A stretch of DNA of 39,211 nt from Candidatus Altimarinota bacterium (GCA_039809385.1 JBDHUY010000015.1:1-39211), one strand, 5' to 3'. Positions 1-9,569 are shown, counted from the first letter of the stretch. Made by a program: numbers and translations. Notes: generated by a model not told the origin, from the letters alone.

Positions 1-30
1 ACTTATACCTTAAAACAAATTACGCAAGAC

Positions 31-306
31 ATGGGGAGTCTATTGGAATTTCCGACAGGCAGGCAGGGAATTACGGAGAAGGTAAGTGTTTCCTCCTCAA
101 CAGAATTGGCTCAGGGAACGGGAATCACTCGCTCAAAATTACAGCTGGTAACGACTGTAGCAGGTGAAAGACCGATTGTGAATAGTACGGTTCTTACCAA
201 CTATCTTAATCCTGGCAGGAGCCATTCTGCTCCTGAAGACTCCTTTATCCCGCAAACTTCCGGGAAATATACTACTACGATTCAGCGATTATTAAAACAG
301 GCTTAG
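31..306 (+). CDS. Hypothetical protein (91 aa)
   Basis: ATG-started ORF followed by a + strand intrinsic terminator at 333-361; no recognisable motif. Confidence 0.4.
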   Translation: MGSLLEFPTGRQGITEKVSVSSSTELAQGTGITRSKLQLVTTVAGERPIVNSTVLTNYLNPGRSHSAPEDSFIPQTSGKYTTTIQRLLKQA

Positions 307-332
307 CAACAAGCATAAATAGTAATTAAACC

Positions 333-361
333 AGGTTTGTCATTCAGCGACAAGCTTTTTT
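333..361 (+). terminator. Intrinsic terminator
   Basis: AGGTTTGTC-ATTCAGC-GACAAGCTT stem (two G-U pairs) running into a T6 tract. Confidence 0.6.
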
Positions 362-436
362 GGAAAGAAACATGGATTGTAAAACGTATTTGACTATAGT
401 TAAACTAAAAAGTTTATGTATTTTTAATATTGTATC

Positions 437-464
437 TTGACGCTGCAAAGATTTTAATTAGAAT
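437..464 (+). promoter_or_regulatory. sigma70-type promoter of the GGDEF-ruvC unit
   Basis: TTGACG(437-442)-16 nt-TAGAAT(459-464). Confidence 0.6.
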
Positions 465-523
465 AAATTCTTTCTTGGAAAAGGAAAGCGGCAGAGTTTG
501 ATACTCTTTCACACGAACATCGT

Positions 524-1909
524 ATGTCTTCCACACAGCTAAAAATCAATCAGTTCAGACAAGAAGAGCCAGGAGCAGAAGTAGGCCATCCCTTAGAAGA
601 ACTCATTGCCGATATACAAGCAACAAAAGAGCAACTTCGATTGGAAGACTCCATTCGGCATATTCAGACCGAGATTAACAAGCTGATAAAAGAAGTTTCA
701 AAAAATCCGAATCTGCAAGAGGTATGTACGATAATCGTGAGTAAGATCAAGCGACTGTTGGAACTTGAAACGGCGACAATCTATCTTGGCAACGACGATT
801 TAGGCCGATTAGAATTGTTTGTAAGAAGCAACGATTCGAAACGCAGTACTTCGATTCCCTACGAAACAGATGATCCGGCCAGTCTTGCTTATGCGGATGC
901 GCATCCGGTAGAAAAGATGGTAAGCCCTTCCGATTCTCCAATAAAACAAAGAAGCTTGGCGCTGCCGGTTCAATTTCAAAACGATCCGGTAGCCGGGGTA
1001 CTCGATCTGTTTTTTCCCTATGGAAGAGAGGATTTACATCCCGATATGATCAATGCCCTGGAAATGGTGACCATACATTTGGCCCCCTTACTCAAGGTAT
1101 TGCACTTGCAGAGTTTAGCGACGGTTGACGAGATGACCGGATTAAACAACAAACGAGAATTCAATAGTCAGTTTGTCAGATGTATCGAGCAGATTGAACG
1201 AGGAAAGATTCCTTCCAGTTCGATATTTCTCCTGGACGCCGACGGACTCAAAAGCCTGAATGACAACCTTGACTATGAAACCGGAAATGCACTGCTCAAA
1301 GGCATAGCACTCTGTATGCAGGATGTATTTAAACGCGACATTGATGCGAAATTTCGTATAGGTGGCGATGAATTTGCAGCTATATCGATGGTAAATAGTT
1401 TGGAAGATCAGGCACAACTTATACGACAGCTGAAAGAACGCTTTAAATCTATGCAGATAGAACATATTATGAAAAAGACAAATGCGACACGCATAGACAA
1501 TTCGCCAGTCATGGAACGAGTCGACGTAGTTATCCGGATTGGAGAAAACTACTTTTCGCTGAGACATCCGCATCAAAATCCGTCGTATAGTGGCGAGGAA
1601 TATAGTCGCACGGTTATAGCTTCCGCCGGTTCGATCAGTGTATCGATCGGGGCTAAGTTTTTATACACCAGTAATCCCGAGCAAAAAATAACGGATAAGC
1701 AAGACCGACAATCGCGTTTATCCGAAATATTCAGGCACATTGCTTTCCTGATGAAATCCGATAAGGCTCATACGAAAACCGGGCAGCTTCCTTCTATTGA
1801 GGTGTTACAATTAAACAAAGCCCCAATTGACATATCTGACCCCAATACGTATCGTCTGGATGTATTAGAAGAATCGAAACTCGAAGAATATGGTACTCTT
1901 GGGGCTTGA
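524..1909 (+). CDS. GAF-GGDEF sensor diguanylate cyclase-family protein
   Basis: GAF-like region (ATIYL...SLALPVQF...GVLDLF), DEMTGLNNKR entry motif, DADGLKSLND, RxxD I-site (RDID) five residues before an intact GGDEF (nt 1361-1375). Confidence 0.9.
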   Translation: MSSTQLKINQFRQEEPGAEVGHPLEELIADIQATKEQLRLEDSIRHIQTEINKLIKEVSKNPNLQEVCTIIVSKIKRLLELETATIYLGNDDLGRLELFVRSNDSKRSTSIPYETDDPASLAYADAHPVEKMVSPSDSPIKQRSLALPVQFQNDPVAGVLDLFFPYGREDLHPDMINALEMVTIHLAPLLKVLHLQSLATVDEMTGLNNKREFNSQFVRCIEQIERGKIPSSSIFLLDADGLKSLNDNLDYETGNALLKGIALCMQDVFKRDIDAKFRIGGDEFAAISMVNSLEDQAQLIRQLKERFKSMQIEHIMKKTNATRIDNSPVMERVDVVIRIGENYFSLRHPHQNPSYSGEEYSRTVIASAGSISVSIGAKFLYTSNPEQKITDKQDRQSRLSEIFRHIAFLMKSDKAHTKTGQLPSIEVLQLNKAPIDISDPNTYRLDVLEESKLEEYGTLGA

Positions 1910-2372
1910 TCCCGGTCTGGAAACGGTCGGCTACGGTGTGATCCTGGAAAACAACGACGCATACAAGCTCGTGGATTTCGGCTGTATCAAAACATCTTCG
2001 ACGTTGCCGCTGGCCGAACGGCTCGGAATGATCGAAGAAGATGTACAAGGGTTACTTGATCATCACCGCCCCGACCTCATCGGCATCGAAACACTCTTCT
2101 TTGAAAAAAATCGCAAAACCGCCTTCGACGTAGCACAAGCCCGGGGCGTCCTGCTCAACACCTGTCACAAACACCACGTTCCCATTATCGAGCCAACTCC
2201 CCTGCAGGTAAAAATGAACGTTACCGGCGACGGACGGGCCGACAAAATCATGGTTCAGACCATGGTAGCGCGCATCCTTCACTTGGAAACCCTTCCCAAA
2301 CCCGACGACGCTGCCGATGCCCTGGCAGTCGCCCTGTGCAGCCTGAATATGCACCGGACGACGTTTGTATAG
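1890..2372 (+). CDS. ruvC: Holliday junction resolvase RuvC
   Basis: LGLDPG, IETLFF, QARGV, PLQVK, GRADK, DDAADALAVA motifs; overlaps the upstream gene by 20 nt. Confidence 0.97.
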   Translation: MVLLGLDPGLETVGYGVILENNDAYKLVDFGCIKTSSTLPLAERLGMIEEDVQGLLDHHRPDLIGIETLFFEKNRKTAFDVAQARGVLLNTCHKHHVPIIEPTPLQVKMNVTGDGRADKIMVQTMVARILHLETLPKPDDAADALAVALCSLNMHRTTFV

Positions 2373-2443
2373 GTCACTCTGAACGAAGTGAAGAGTCTGC
2401 TCCTTGGCCATACCAGGGGATTCTTCGCTACGCTCAGAATGAC
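2373..2443. repeat. REP-like palindromic dimer
   Basis: GTCACTCTGAACGAAGTGAAGAGTC (2373-2397) inverted with GATTCTTCGCTACGCTCAGAATGAC (2419-2443), 20/25 complementary, starting right after the ruvC stop; resembles the widespread GTCATTCTGAGCGNAGCGAAGAATC family. Confidence 0.75.
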
Positions 2444-2463
2444 AGACAGGCCTGTCCCCCGCT

Positions 2464-2532
2464 CTGTTCGCTGTTAACTGTAAGCCATGCTCCTGTCCCC
2501 TCTCCATTCTCCCAACTCCGCTCTCCTAACTC
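2464..2532 (-). repeat. Degenerate 7-nt tandem arrays at the tyrS 3' end
   Basis: Minus strand: gagttag gagagcg gagttgg gagaatg gagaggg gacagga, then ggcttac agttaac agcgaac. Confidence 0.6.
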
Positions 2533-3728
2533 TTCGGCACCAGCCGAACCATCGTCCGTTTCCCCAACTGCAGCACAACGGGTTGGCTGACGGCAAGACG
2601 CAGATTAATATCTTCGACTTTCTCGCTGTCCAATTTCACTCCCCCGCCCCGGATCATGTTTCTGGTTTCTGTTTTGGAAGGGGTTAACTTCAGTTCTGCT
2701 ACCAGATCGACCAAGAGTTGTTCCCCACTCGCAACCGGAACTTCGGGGATCTCGTCGGGAATATCTTTTTTCTGAAATACGGTGATAAAATGCTGCTCGG
2801 CTTCCTGTGCCGCACTTTCCGAATGATATAAACGCACGATCTCACGCGCCAGACGCATTTTTACATTGCGCGGATTTTCGCCAGCTTCCAATTCTTTCTT
2901 AATATCTTTTATATCTTCGATCGATACATCCGTCGCAAGTTCAAAGTATTTCAGGATAAGCGTATCGGGAATCGACATGGTCTTGCCATACATATCCTCC
3001 GGCTTGTCGGTAATACCGATATAATTTCCCAGAGATTTGCTCATCTTTTCATGTCCGTCGAGACCTTCCAGTATCGGAACGGTCAGGATGTTCTGAGGTT
3101 GCTGATCAAAGGCTTTCTGGAGCGGGCGTCCGGCCAGCAGATTAAACAGCTGATCGGTTCCGCCGATCTCGACATCGGCTTTGAGGGCTACCGAATCATA
3201 TCCCTGCATCAGGGGGTACAGGAATTCATGTAAACCGATCGGAATATCGTTTTTGAGCCGCTCCTGAAACATGTCGCGCTGGATCATTTGCTGCATGGTG
3301 AACTGCGAGCAAAGATGAATAAGCTCCTCGAATGTCAGAGGCGCGAGCCATTCGTGATTATACCGGATTTCGATTCTCTCCGTATCGATTACTTTGCGAG
3401 CTTGATCAAACCACAATTTTAGGTTTTCCTGAATCTGCTCCATCGTCAGCATATCGCGTCCTTTGGACTTTCCGGAAGGATCGCCGATACGGGCGGTAAA
3501 CGTTCCGATAACCAAAACGACTTGGTGTCCGGCTTCCTGAAAATGTTTGAGCTTTCGTAAAACCACAGCATGACCGATGTGCAGATCTTTGCCGGTGGGA
3601 TCGATTCCTAGTTTAACGCGCAGCTGTTTGCCGGATTCCAGCTTGACGCGTAAGTCTTCTTTCACGATCACATCTACCACCCCGCGTGTCATGAGTGTTT
3701 CAATTGTTTGAGGATCGGTTTTTATCAT
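2526..3728 (-). CDS. tyrS: Tyrosine--tRNA ligase
   Basis: LGIDPTG, HIGH, YPLMQGYD, GGTDQLFN, KMSKS and a C-terminal S4-like domain. Confidence 0.98.
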   Translation of the reverse strand: MIKTDPQTIETLMTRGVVDVIVKEDLRVKLESGKQLRVKLGIDPTGKDLHIGHAVVLRKLKHFQEAGHQVVLVIGTFTARIGDPSGKSKGRDMLTMEQIQENLKLWFDQARKVIDTERIEIRYNHEWLAPLTFEELIHLCSQFTMQQMIQRDMFQERLKNDIPIGLHEFLYPLMQGYDSVALKADVEIGGTDQLFNLLAGRPLQKAFDQQPQNILTVPILEGLDGHEKMSKSLGNYIGITDKPEDMYGKTMSIPDTLILKYFELATDVSIEDIKDIKKELEAGENPRNVKMRLAREIVRLYHSESAAQEAEQHFITVFQKKDIPDEIPEVPVASGEQLLVDLVAELKLTPSKTETRNMIRGGGVKLDSEKVEDINLRLAVSQPVVLQLGKRTMVRLVPKS

Positions 3729-3983
3729 AAATTTTAGGTAAATATACGCCTATGATTTTACGGGTTTTCTTGTGAAATAAAAGGACTTTTTGGATTCCGG
3801 AAAAAACATGATACAAAAATCAACAGCTGAGATCCCGGAATTTAGAAAAATACCGGTGTCCGAGAATTTGATCGAATAGCACGAATCAAATAATGGGGAT
3901 CTGTAAACCCAATTTTTTGGGAAACGATACCGATTCGAACTTCAGAAGAAGAGAATCTTCATTGTAAAATAATCCAAACTATA

Positions 3984-4011
3984 TTGACATTATTTTTTTC
4001 TGTTTTAGAAT
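3984..4011 (+). promoter_or_regulatory. Near-consensus sigma70 promoter of the sRNA candidate
   Basis: TTGACA(3984-3989)-16 nt-TAGAAT(4006-4011); no + strand ORF downstream. Confidence 0.7.
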
Positions 4012-4017
4012 AAATAT

Positions 4018-4097
4018 GTCCACAGAAATGTGGGCCTGGTTTCCGCCCGCGAGATGTCAGGTTACTCCTCCTTCCACCTCATCCCGCGGGCATTTTT
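4018..4097 (+). ncRNA. Candidate ~80 nt two-hairpin sRNA with CU-rich loop
   Basis: Starts 7 nt after the -10 box; GUCCACA-GAAA-UGUGGGC hairpin; GC-rich hairpin 4045-4091 with loop UACUCCUCCUUCC; AUUUUU tail. Confidence 0.65.
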
Positions 4098-4114
4098 AAA
4101 TACTGCGAAAACAC

Positions 4115-4149
4115 AAAAAATTCGGAGGTAATCATACTCCGAATCTTTT
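4115..4149 (-). terminator. Intrinsic terminator of the SLH gene (probably bidirectional)
   Basis: ATTCGGAG/CTCCGAAT stem flanked by an A6 run and CTTTT. Confidence 0.75.
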
Positions 4150-4166
4150 GAAAAAAGCAATGAAAA

Positions 4167-5099
4167 TCAGAACCCGTTTATCAAAACCATCATAACCGCG
4201 GTCGCTCCACGCGTCATCAGATCGTCGGGACCAAAATAACCGTTCTGAGATCCCTGAGCATATCCCATCAGGACGGCAAAAGCTACGTAAGGTTCATACC
4301 AGCTCCCTTTGACAGTATCAATGAAATTCATGATCCCGCCCACGATCTGGTTGAATGAGAAATTACGAAGCAACAGCACCTTGATCACCTCGACCCGGTT
4401 GGCAACCTGCATCGGACGGAAGTTTCCATCGGGATAGCCGGATACCCATTTGAGTTCCTTAGCCTTGGCCAGATACGGAGCATACCAGTCAGAGGTACGC
4501 ACATCCGGAAACGGATCGACACTCGGCGTACTGACCTGTATTCCCTTACATTTGATTCCGAATATTACCAGTTCAGCCCGGGTGATGTACCCGTCAGCCT
4601 TGAATTGCTTCAAAAGATTACCGTTCAGATCGGTATACCCGTCAATGCCGCAGGACGTATGCAACTTCTCCACAAAAGGTTCGTAGGGCGTACCAGCAGT
4701 ATCCTGAAAAAATACCGCCCCTGCCGAACTACCATTCGAATTTCCATTACTTCCGCCGGAGCCGCCACTATTCGTGTTAGTGATTGCGCCATTCACATTT
4801 CCCGAAGTGCCGTTGCTGTTGGGAGAGGTACATTCGATACTTGTATCACAGGTATCGCTCCCCAGTCCGCCGACCGGAATACAGGAACCGTTCACACAAT
4901 CGTAATGATAGCGCAGTCCTCCGCCACCTCCACCACCGCCGCCGCCTCCTCCCCCTCCTCCATACCCTTGGGAGAGAACTTTGGAAATAAAAAGGTCTCC
5001 GTGTTGTTCGTTATTCAAAATAACGCCAAGTCCAATAAAAAGGACAAGCAAAATAAAATATTTGCCTGCTTTCGATGCCAATGAAAGAAACATTGACAT
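4167..5099 (-). CDS. Membrane-anchored/secreted S-layer homology (SLH) domain protein
   Basis: N-terminal hydrophobic segment, poly-Gly tract, Cys-rich mini-domain, G/S/N linker, three SLH repeats (ITRAEL, GYPDGNFRP...NRVEV, MTRGAT). Confidence 0.88.
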   Translation of the reverse strand: MSMFLSLASKAGKYFILLVLFIGLGVILNNEQHGDLFISKVLSQGYGGGGGGGGGGGGGGGLRYHYDCVNGSCIPVGGLGSDTCDTSIECTSPNSNGTSGNVNGAITNTNSGGSGGSNGNSNGSSAGAVFFQDTAGTPYEPFVEKLHTSCGIDGYTDLNGNLLKQFKADGYITRAELVIFGIKCKGIQVSTPSVDPFPDVRTSDWYAPYLAKAKELKWVSGYPDGNFRPMQVANRVEVIKVLLLRNFSFNQIVGGIMNFIDTVKGSWYEPYVAFAVLMGYAQGSQNGYFGPDDLMTRGATAVMMVLINGF

Positions 5100-5138
5100 A
5101 GATGGTTGCGATTAAAAAATGAAAGTTAACACGACTTT

Positions 5139-5167
5139 ACATTACGGTTTCCGAGGTTATGTGTCAA
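5139..5167 (-). promoter_or_regulatory. Promoter of the SLH gene
   Basis: Minus strand TTGACA-17 nt-TAATGT. Confidence 0.5.
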
Positions 5168-5277
5168 TGGAAGTTGGACACCATAATTGTTTTTGTCAAT
5201 ACATTCTAAAAAGACTATGAGTAAATGGCATGCTCTAAGCAATCTTCTAGCGCAGGATACGTTGAATGAAGAAAAAA

Positions 5278-7511
5278 CTATTGAACCTTCAGAGCTCGGG
5301 CCAGAATCTCAGCTGTCTGAAGGCGAGTGACTTCTCCGTCGGGGCAAAATTTGCGGGCAGACTCGTCGCAGTAATCCATGAGGCCGGTTTGTAGAACAAA
5401 AGCAATACTGTCGGAGGAATATCTGTCAGAATCGGCGATGTCGGTATTTTTGCGTTTTTCAGGCAGAATTTTATTACGATACAAACGCTTGAGCGTATAG
5501 GCAATTTCGCCGCGGGTAAGAAGAGCCGACGGACAGTACTGACGGGAGACAGTATCGCACCAGGTCACCAGTTTGCGGTTGATTGCTTCGGCCACATACG
5601 GATAAATGAGATCGTTGTGGGGAATATCGCCGACAGTTGTTTCGTAGTCCCGCGGATCCAAGGGGATCACACCGATCAACTTGGTCACTATGACGGCCCA
5701 GTCTCCACGTTTTACGGTTCCTTCGGGGCGAAACAGGTTGCCAGAAGAAGACATCAGTTTATTGGTAAGCACAACCTGAACGGAAGGATATTCGCTGAAA
5801 TCGATATCATCCAGTTTTTCAAAGGCAAACCGGAGGTTACTTTTGCTCAATTCGTTTTGTACATCCAGCGGATCAAGCTGCTTGGGGCTGATGCCTTTAA
5901 GAGCGGCCAGAGCCGCGATAGCACCGGAGGCCTGACCGGTATACATAGTCACCGGTTGTAAGCGGGTCATACCGTTGACAATCCGGCTAACCGATATATT
6001 TTTTTCGGCAGCAAGCAGACCGTCGATATCGGCCGAAATGAATACCCCCATCGGGGTCTGTAAAATACGACGCGTGGTGGAAAGATGTTTTTCCGAGTCG
6101 ATACTTTCCAAGTTGGTTTTGGCCAGACAACCATGCAGATCGGGAAAATAATCGCCTACGGCTACCGCATTGGCAAAATCACTGATAGCATGCTGCTGAT
6201 AGCCAATTACAATATCGGAAGAATCTTCGGTTTCCAGTCCGACCATACGGCGGCTTTCCCGTACATACGGCATGACCGGCAGATATTTCTCAAAATTTTT
6301 GAGCGAACCGGAGATTTCGGAACAACTATTCTCTTCCGTATTATAGGGCGTATCGTACTCTTCGTCAGTAGCCAGCGACCAGTCGGTCGCCCCCAGTTCG
6401 TGCTGGATATAATAGACATACTGCAAAGTTTTGAGCTTGGCGGCGCAGGTAACGTTTTTTCGATAGACCGGATCTTCGATATAGCGAATAGTAGCCGGCG
6501 TATCGTTAGCCATATTCACCACGGTCTTGGAGATGCTGTTCACAAACCACGGTTTGGTAAAATCCACCACATAGTCGCTCGCGCGGGGGTCAGAATCGGG
6601 CAGGCCGCGATACCCGGCGGCAAACTGCCAGTCGTAGGGGAATTTATAGTTGTAGGGAAAGACATTTTTGCCGTCAACCAGCCAGCTGTTGCCGTCCTTC
6701 ACGACACTGCGCCGAAACACCTGTGCGGCCTCGGAATAGCTTTTTTTCCCACCCGGCGGATCGTTGACATCCATGACCAGCTCCGGCGGTACGCCATCAA
6801 AATATTTCCTGACTACGGCCGAATAGGTGATCGACTGAATACAGGAACCGCTCCCGGTCTGAGCCGTCTCATTAGTCTCATTGCCAACACGATAGGAAGC
6901 TCCCGCGAGCGGAAGCATATCACCATACTCGGTCGCGTCGATTAAAACCGAAGTCTTGAAACGAAGCAGATTATACTCCAGAACTTTACTCGCGGTTTCC
7001 ACACCGACTATTTTTTTATTATATGTAATCACCTTGTATACATTCGTACGCAAGTACAGATCAATATGCTCATTCTCCGCAACCATCTCTTGCAAAATCC
7101 GGTTCCCCACATGCGGCTCGATACACCGGCTGCCGGTTCCCCAATAACACGTATTGATCGGTTTATCGCCATAATAGGATTTCACCCGCTGCATAAATTC
7201 TTTAAAAATACCATAATCTGCGCCCAATAAATAGCCTTCGTCCAGAGAACCGACCGCCGCGGCCGTCATCTGTCCGCCCAGCCAGTCCGTCGGTTCGATC
7301 AGCGCCACCGATACCCCATCCTCGCGGCCTGCAAAGCAGCAGATACACCGCCGGTCCCCCCGCCGACGACGATGACGTCATATTGCTTCGTAAAAAGTCC
7401 CGGATCATAGGTTGCAGTCGTATTGCCTGACATCTGGAAAGCGAAAACGAGCACAATAACGAGTCCCAGGAATAGCGAGATCGAAATGATTTTCTGTCGC
7501 ATATATGTCAT
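5278..7511 (-). pseudogene. FAD-dependent oxidoreductase (FAD_oxidored-like) with C-terminal SLH repeats, split by a 1-nt frameshift
   Basis: 7299..7511 encodes a signal anchor plus YDVIVVGGGTGGVSAALQAARMG; 5278..7308 continues VALIEPTDWLGGQ...IDATEYGD...PYVRESRR...RLQP and three SLH-like repeats. One extra G in the G4 run at 7314-7317 fuses them (M-G-V-S-V-A-L-I-E). Confidence 0.85.
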
Positions 7512-9193
7512 AGTAGGGAGGAAAAACGGTACACCCGAATCTGAGGTGTATCTAAAAGAAGTGAAAATTCCGGCTGCTGTAAGAAAGAATACGAGAGAGC
7601 ATCTTGCTTTTCAATATCGCGTAACAGAATAACGTATCCGATATTCTGTGAAGCCAAGAGAGAAGTTATCTTTTCGATTTCAATATTCCCGCTATTCGTA
7701 ATAGCCAGATCCAGCGCGCTATAATCCGAATCGGGATTATCATGCATCACATTTCCGATCTCGGCATTCCGGCTAATAATCGTCTGTTTTCCAAAAAAGA
7801 CACGCCCCGGATTGGCGGTCACCAGATTGTTGTTAAACTGCAGCGAAAAATAACCGTGCCAGGGTAAAAGAAGTACCTTTTTATCTGAATCATTTTTTTG
7901 TACAATCTTTCTGACTTCATACCAGCTTTGCGGGTAATGAACGGCTGTAAGTTGTTTTTGAAATCCCCCCAGAAGCAGGTTTCCAAACATGGCGAAAACA
8001 AACCCCAGTACTACAAACATTCCCTTCTGCCAGCGCATATTTTTCAGTTGAGCATGGTCCAGTATTTTCTCAAGACCGATTCCGAAAAAGATCAGGTAAA
8101 CGATCGCCAGCACCCCGATAAATTTCTGACTATCGCGGAAGCCGGACCAGAAGAATACATGCTGAAACAGCCCCAGGTTCAAACTTTGAAAAAGGGTATC
8201 GGAGACGCCGGTCGAAAACATAAATGCAAATACGCCAGTCACAAGGAGAAAAACGCCCCGGACACGTCGCATTTTTGAACGTAGGAGGATAATAACACCG
8301 AATACTGCTAACGTCAGAATACCTGCCAAGGCGATCCAGAAAAATGGACTGTTCTGCGGCCACACGAAGTAATCGGCCCATGGATAGCGTTCGCCCCAGA
8401 ACCCGTTCAGAGAGAGAAGATTGAGCCAGACCGGCACCGGACCATGCGCGGCCGGAGCAAAGGCTTGCCAATCTGCCTGTGGAAATATAAAAGGAGGTTT
8501 GTTCAGTAACAGGAACGGAAACACCCAGTAAGCGGTGAAAATACCCAAAAAAAATAATCCGATCAGGATCTTTTTAAGTATAGCCGAGCCGTTTTTCTCT
8601 TGCCGTATAAAATTCGTAAAAAAGCTGTATACGGTATACAACAGAAAGATCAACACGGCCATCGCAAAAAAATGAAGCGAAAACAGCCCAATCATGACAC
8701 ATACCAAGATAAATTTGAGCCACATATGCCGTTTTTCGGTTGAAAAAAAGCCGAACAGATAATGGACAAAAACCGGCAGTAATGCATACCCGTACAACAC
8801 CTGCCACTGGCCGGCCAGAAACCGTTCATACACAAACGGATTGAGCATCGCAAATAGCGCGCAGAAAAAACGGGCGAAGCGGTTTTCCACCAGCGGAACA
8901 TACCGGTAAGTCAGAAAGCCGATCCCCCAAAACAACCCGAACAGCATGATCTTTTGAATCAGCCATACCGGCAAGAGAAATGAGACGAGATAGATCAAAA
9001 AATGAACCGGCCAAAAATGCAAAGATTCTACTGCCAGAGAAGGAAAATCGACAAACGGAGTAAATACCATATCGAGCGTCAGCACATAACCGGGCAAGAG
9101 CAGCTGCCATAAAATGAGTACGCTGATGCCGAGCAAGAAGAGCGCAGCCTGTAGATCAAAACCGCCCGCGATATGCTGCAATTTACGGATCAT
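7508..9193 (-). CDS. Polytopic membrane protein, probable GT-C fold (recalled as Rv0226c/MmpA-like)
   Basis: About 12 TM segments, LPGYVLTLDMVF, NPFVYERFLAGQW..LYGYALLP, FRDSQKF, extracellular C-terminal domain; ATGA-coupled to the next gene. Confidence 0.6.
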   Translation of the reverse strand: MIRKLQHIAGGFDLQAALFLLGISVLILWQLLLPGYVLTLDMVFTPFVDFPSLAVESLHFWPVHFLIYLVSFLLPVWLIQKIMLFGLFWGIGFLTYRYVPLVENRFARFFCALFAMLNPFVYERFLAGQWQVLYGYALLPVFVHYLFGFFSTEKRHMWLKFILVCVMIGLFSLHFFAMAVLIFLLYTVYSFFTNFIRQEKNGSAILKKILIGLFFLGIFTAYWVFPFLLLNKPPFIFPQADWQAFAPAAHGPVPVWLNLLSLNGFWGERYPWADYFVWPQNSPFFWIALAGILTLAVFGVIILLRSKMRRVRGVFLLVTGVFAFMFSTGVSDTLFQSLNLGLFQHVFFWSGFRDSQKFIGVLAIVYLIFFGIGLEKILDHAQLKNMRWQKGMFVVLGFVFAMFGNLLLGGFQKQLTAVHYPQSWYEVRKIVQKNDSDKKVLLLPWHGYFSLQFNNNLVTANPGRVFFGKQTIISRNAEIGNVMHDNPDSDYSALDLAITNSGNIEIEKITSLLASQNIGYVILLRDIEKQDALSYSFLQQPEFSLLLDTPQIRVYRFSSLL

Positions 9194-9569
9194 CGGAAGA
9201 AAAGAGAAATAGTCGCGATACGAGCCAAATAATCAGAAAGAAGAAAGCATACATCGCCATACTCCTCGTCCACTCGATCTGATCAAAGAGTGCCAAGAGA
9301 GCCATCGCCAATAACAATATTCCAGTAGTGACAATCAACACTCGCACCTCCCAGCGGTAGACCAGAAACGCAAGTCCTACCAGCAGTAGCAGTGCGGGTA
9401 CGATACTAAACACATACCAGATGAGCAAAAAATAGCCGAGGAGTAAAAAACCGGCGCTGGGCTTGGCCATAATATCGTTTTTTACTTTCTCCCGAAGAGT
9501 GCGCATCGACGCAACCGGACGGGCGTACCATCTTTGATTTTTCAGCAATGGGGTTGGACGTAAAGACAT
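9183..9569 (-). CDS. Small membrane protein
   Basis: 128 aa, 3-4 hydrophobic helices, overlaps the downstream gene by 11 nt within the cluster. Confidence 0.7.
   Translation of the reverse strand: MSLRPTPLLKNQRWYARPVASMRTLREKVKNDIMAKPSAGFLLLGYFLLIWYVFSIVPALLLLVGLAFLVYRWEVRVLIVTTGILLLAMALLALFDQIEWTRSMAMYAFFFLIIWLVSRLFLFSSDDP

Noticed and set aside
4918-4961. Poly-Gly tract as a contingency repeat
   Set aside because: Mixed GGN codons and in frame; an ordinary flexible linker.
6085-6945. 286 aa + strand ORF, and similar long ORFs at 10932-11945, 24340-25122 and 26671-27372
   Set aside because: Shadow or alternate frames of well-supported genes with no recognisable motifs.
7299-7301. TGA recoding (genetic code 25) as the cause of the split oxidoreductase
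   Set aside because: The continuation is in another frame, and TGA ends other genes normally (GGDEF, rplI, ruvX).
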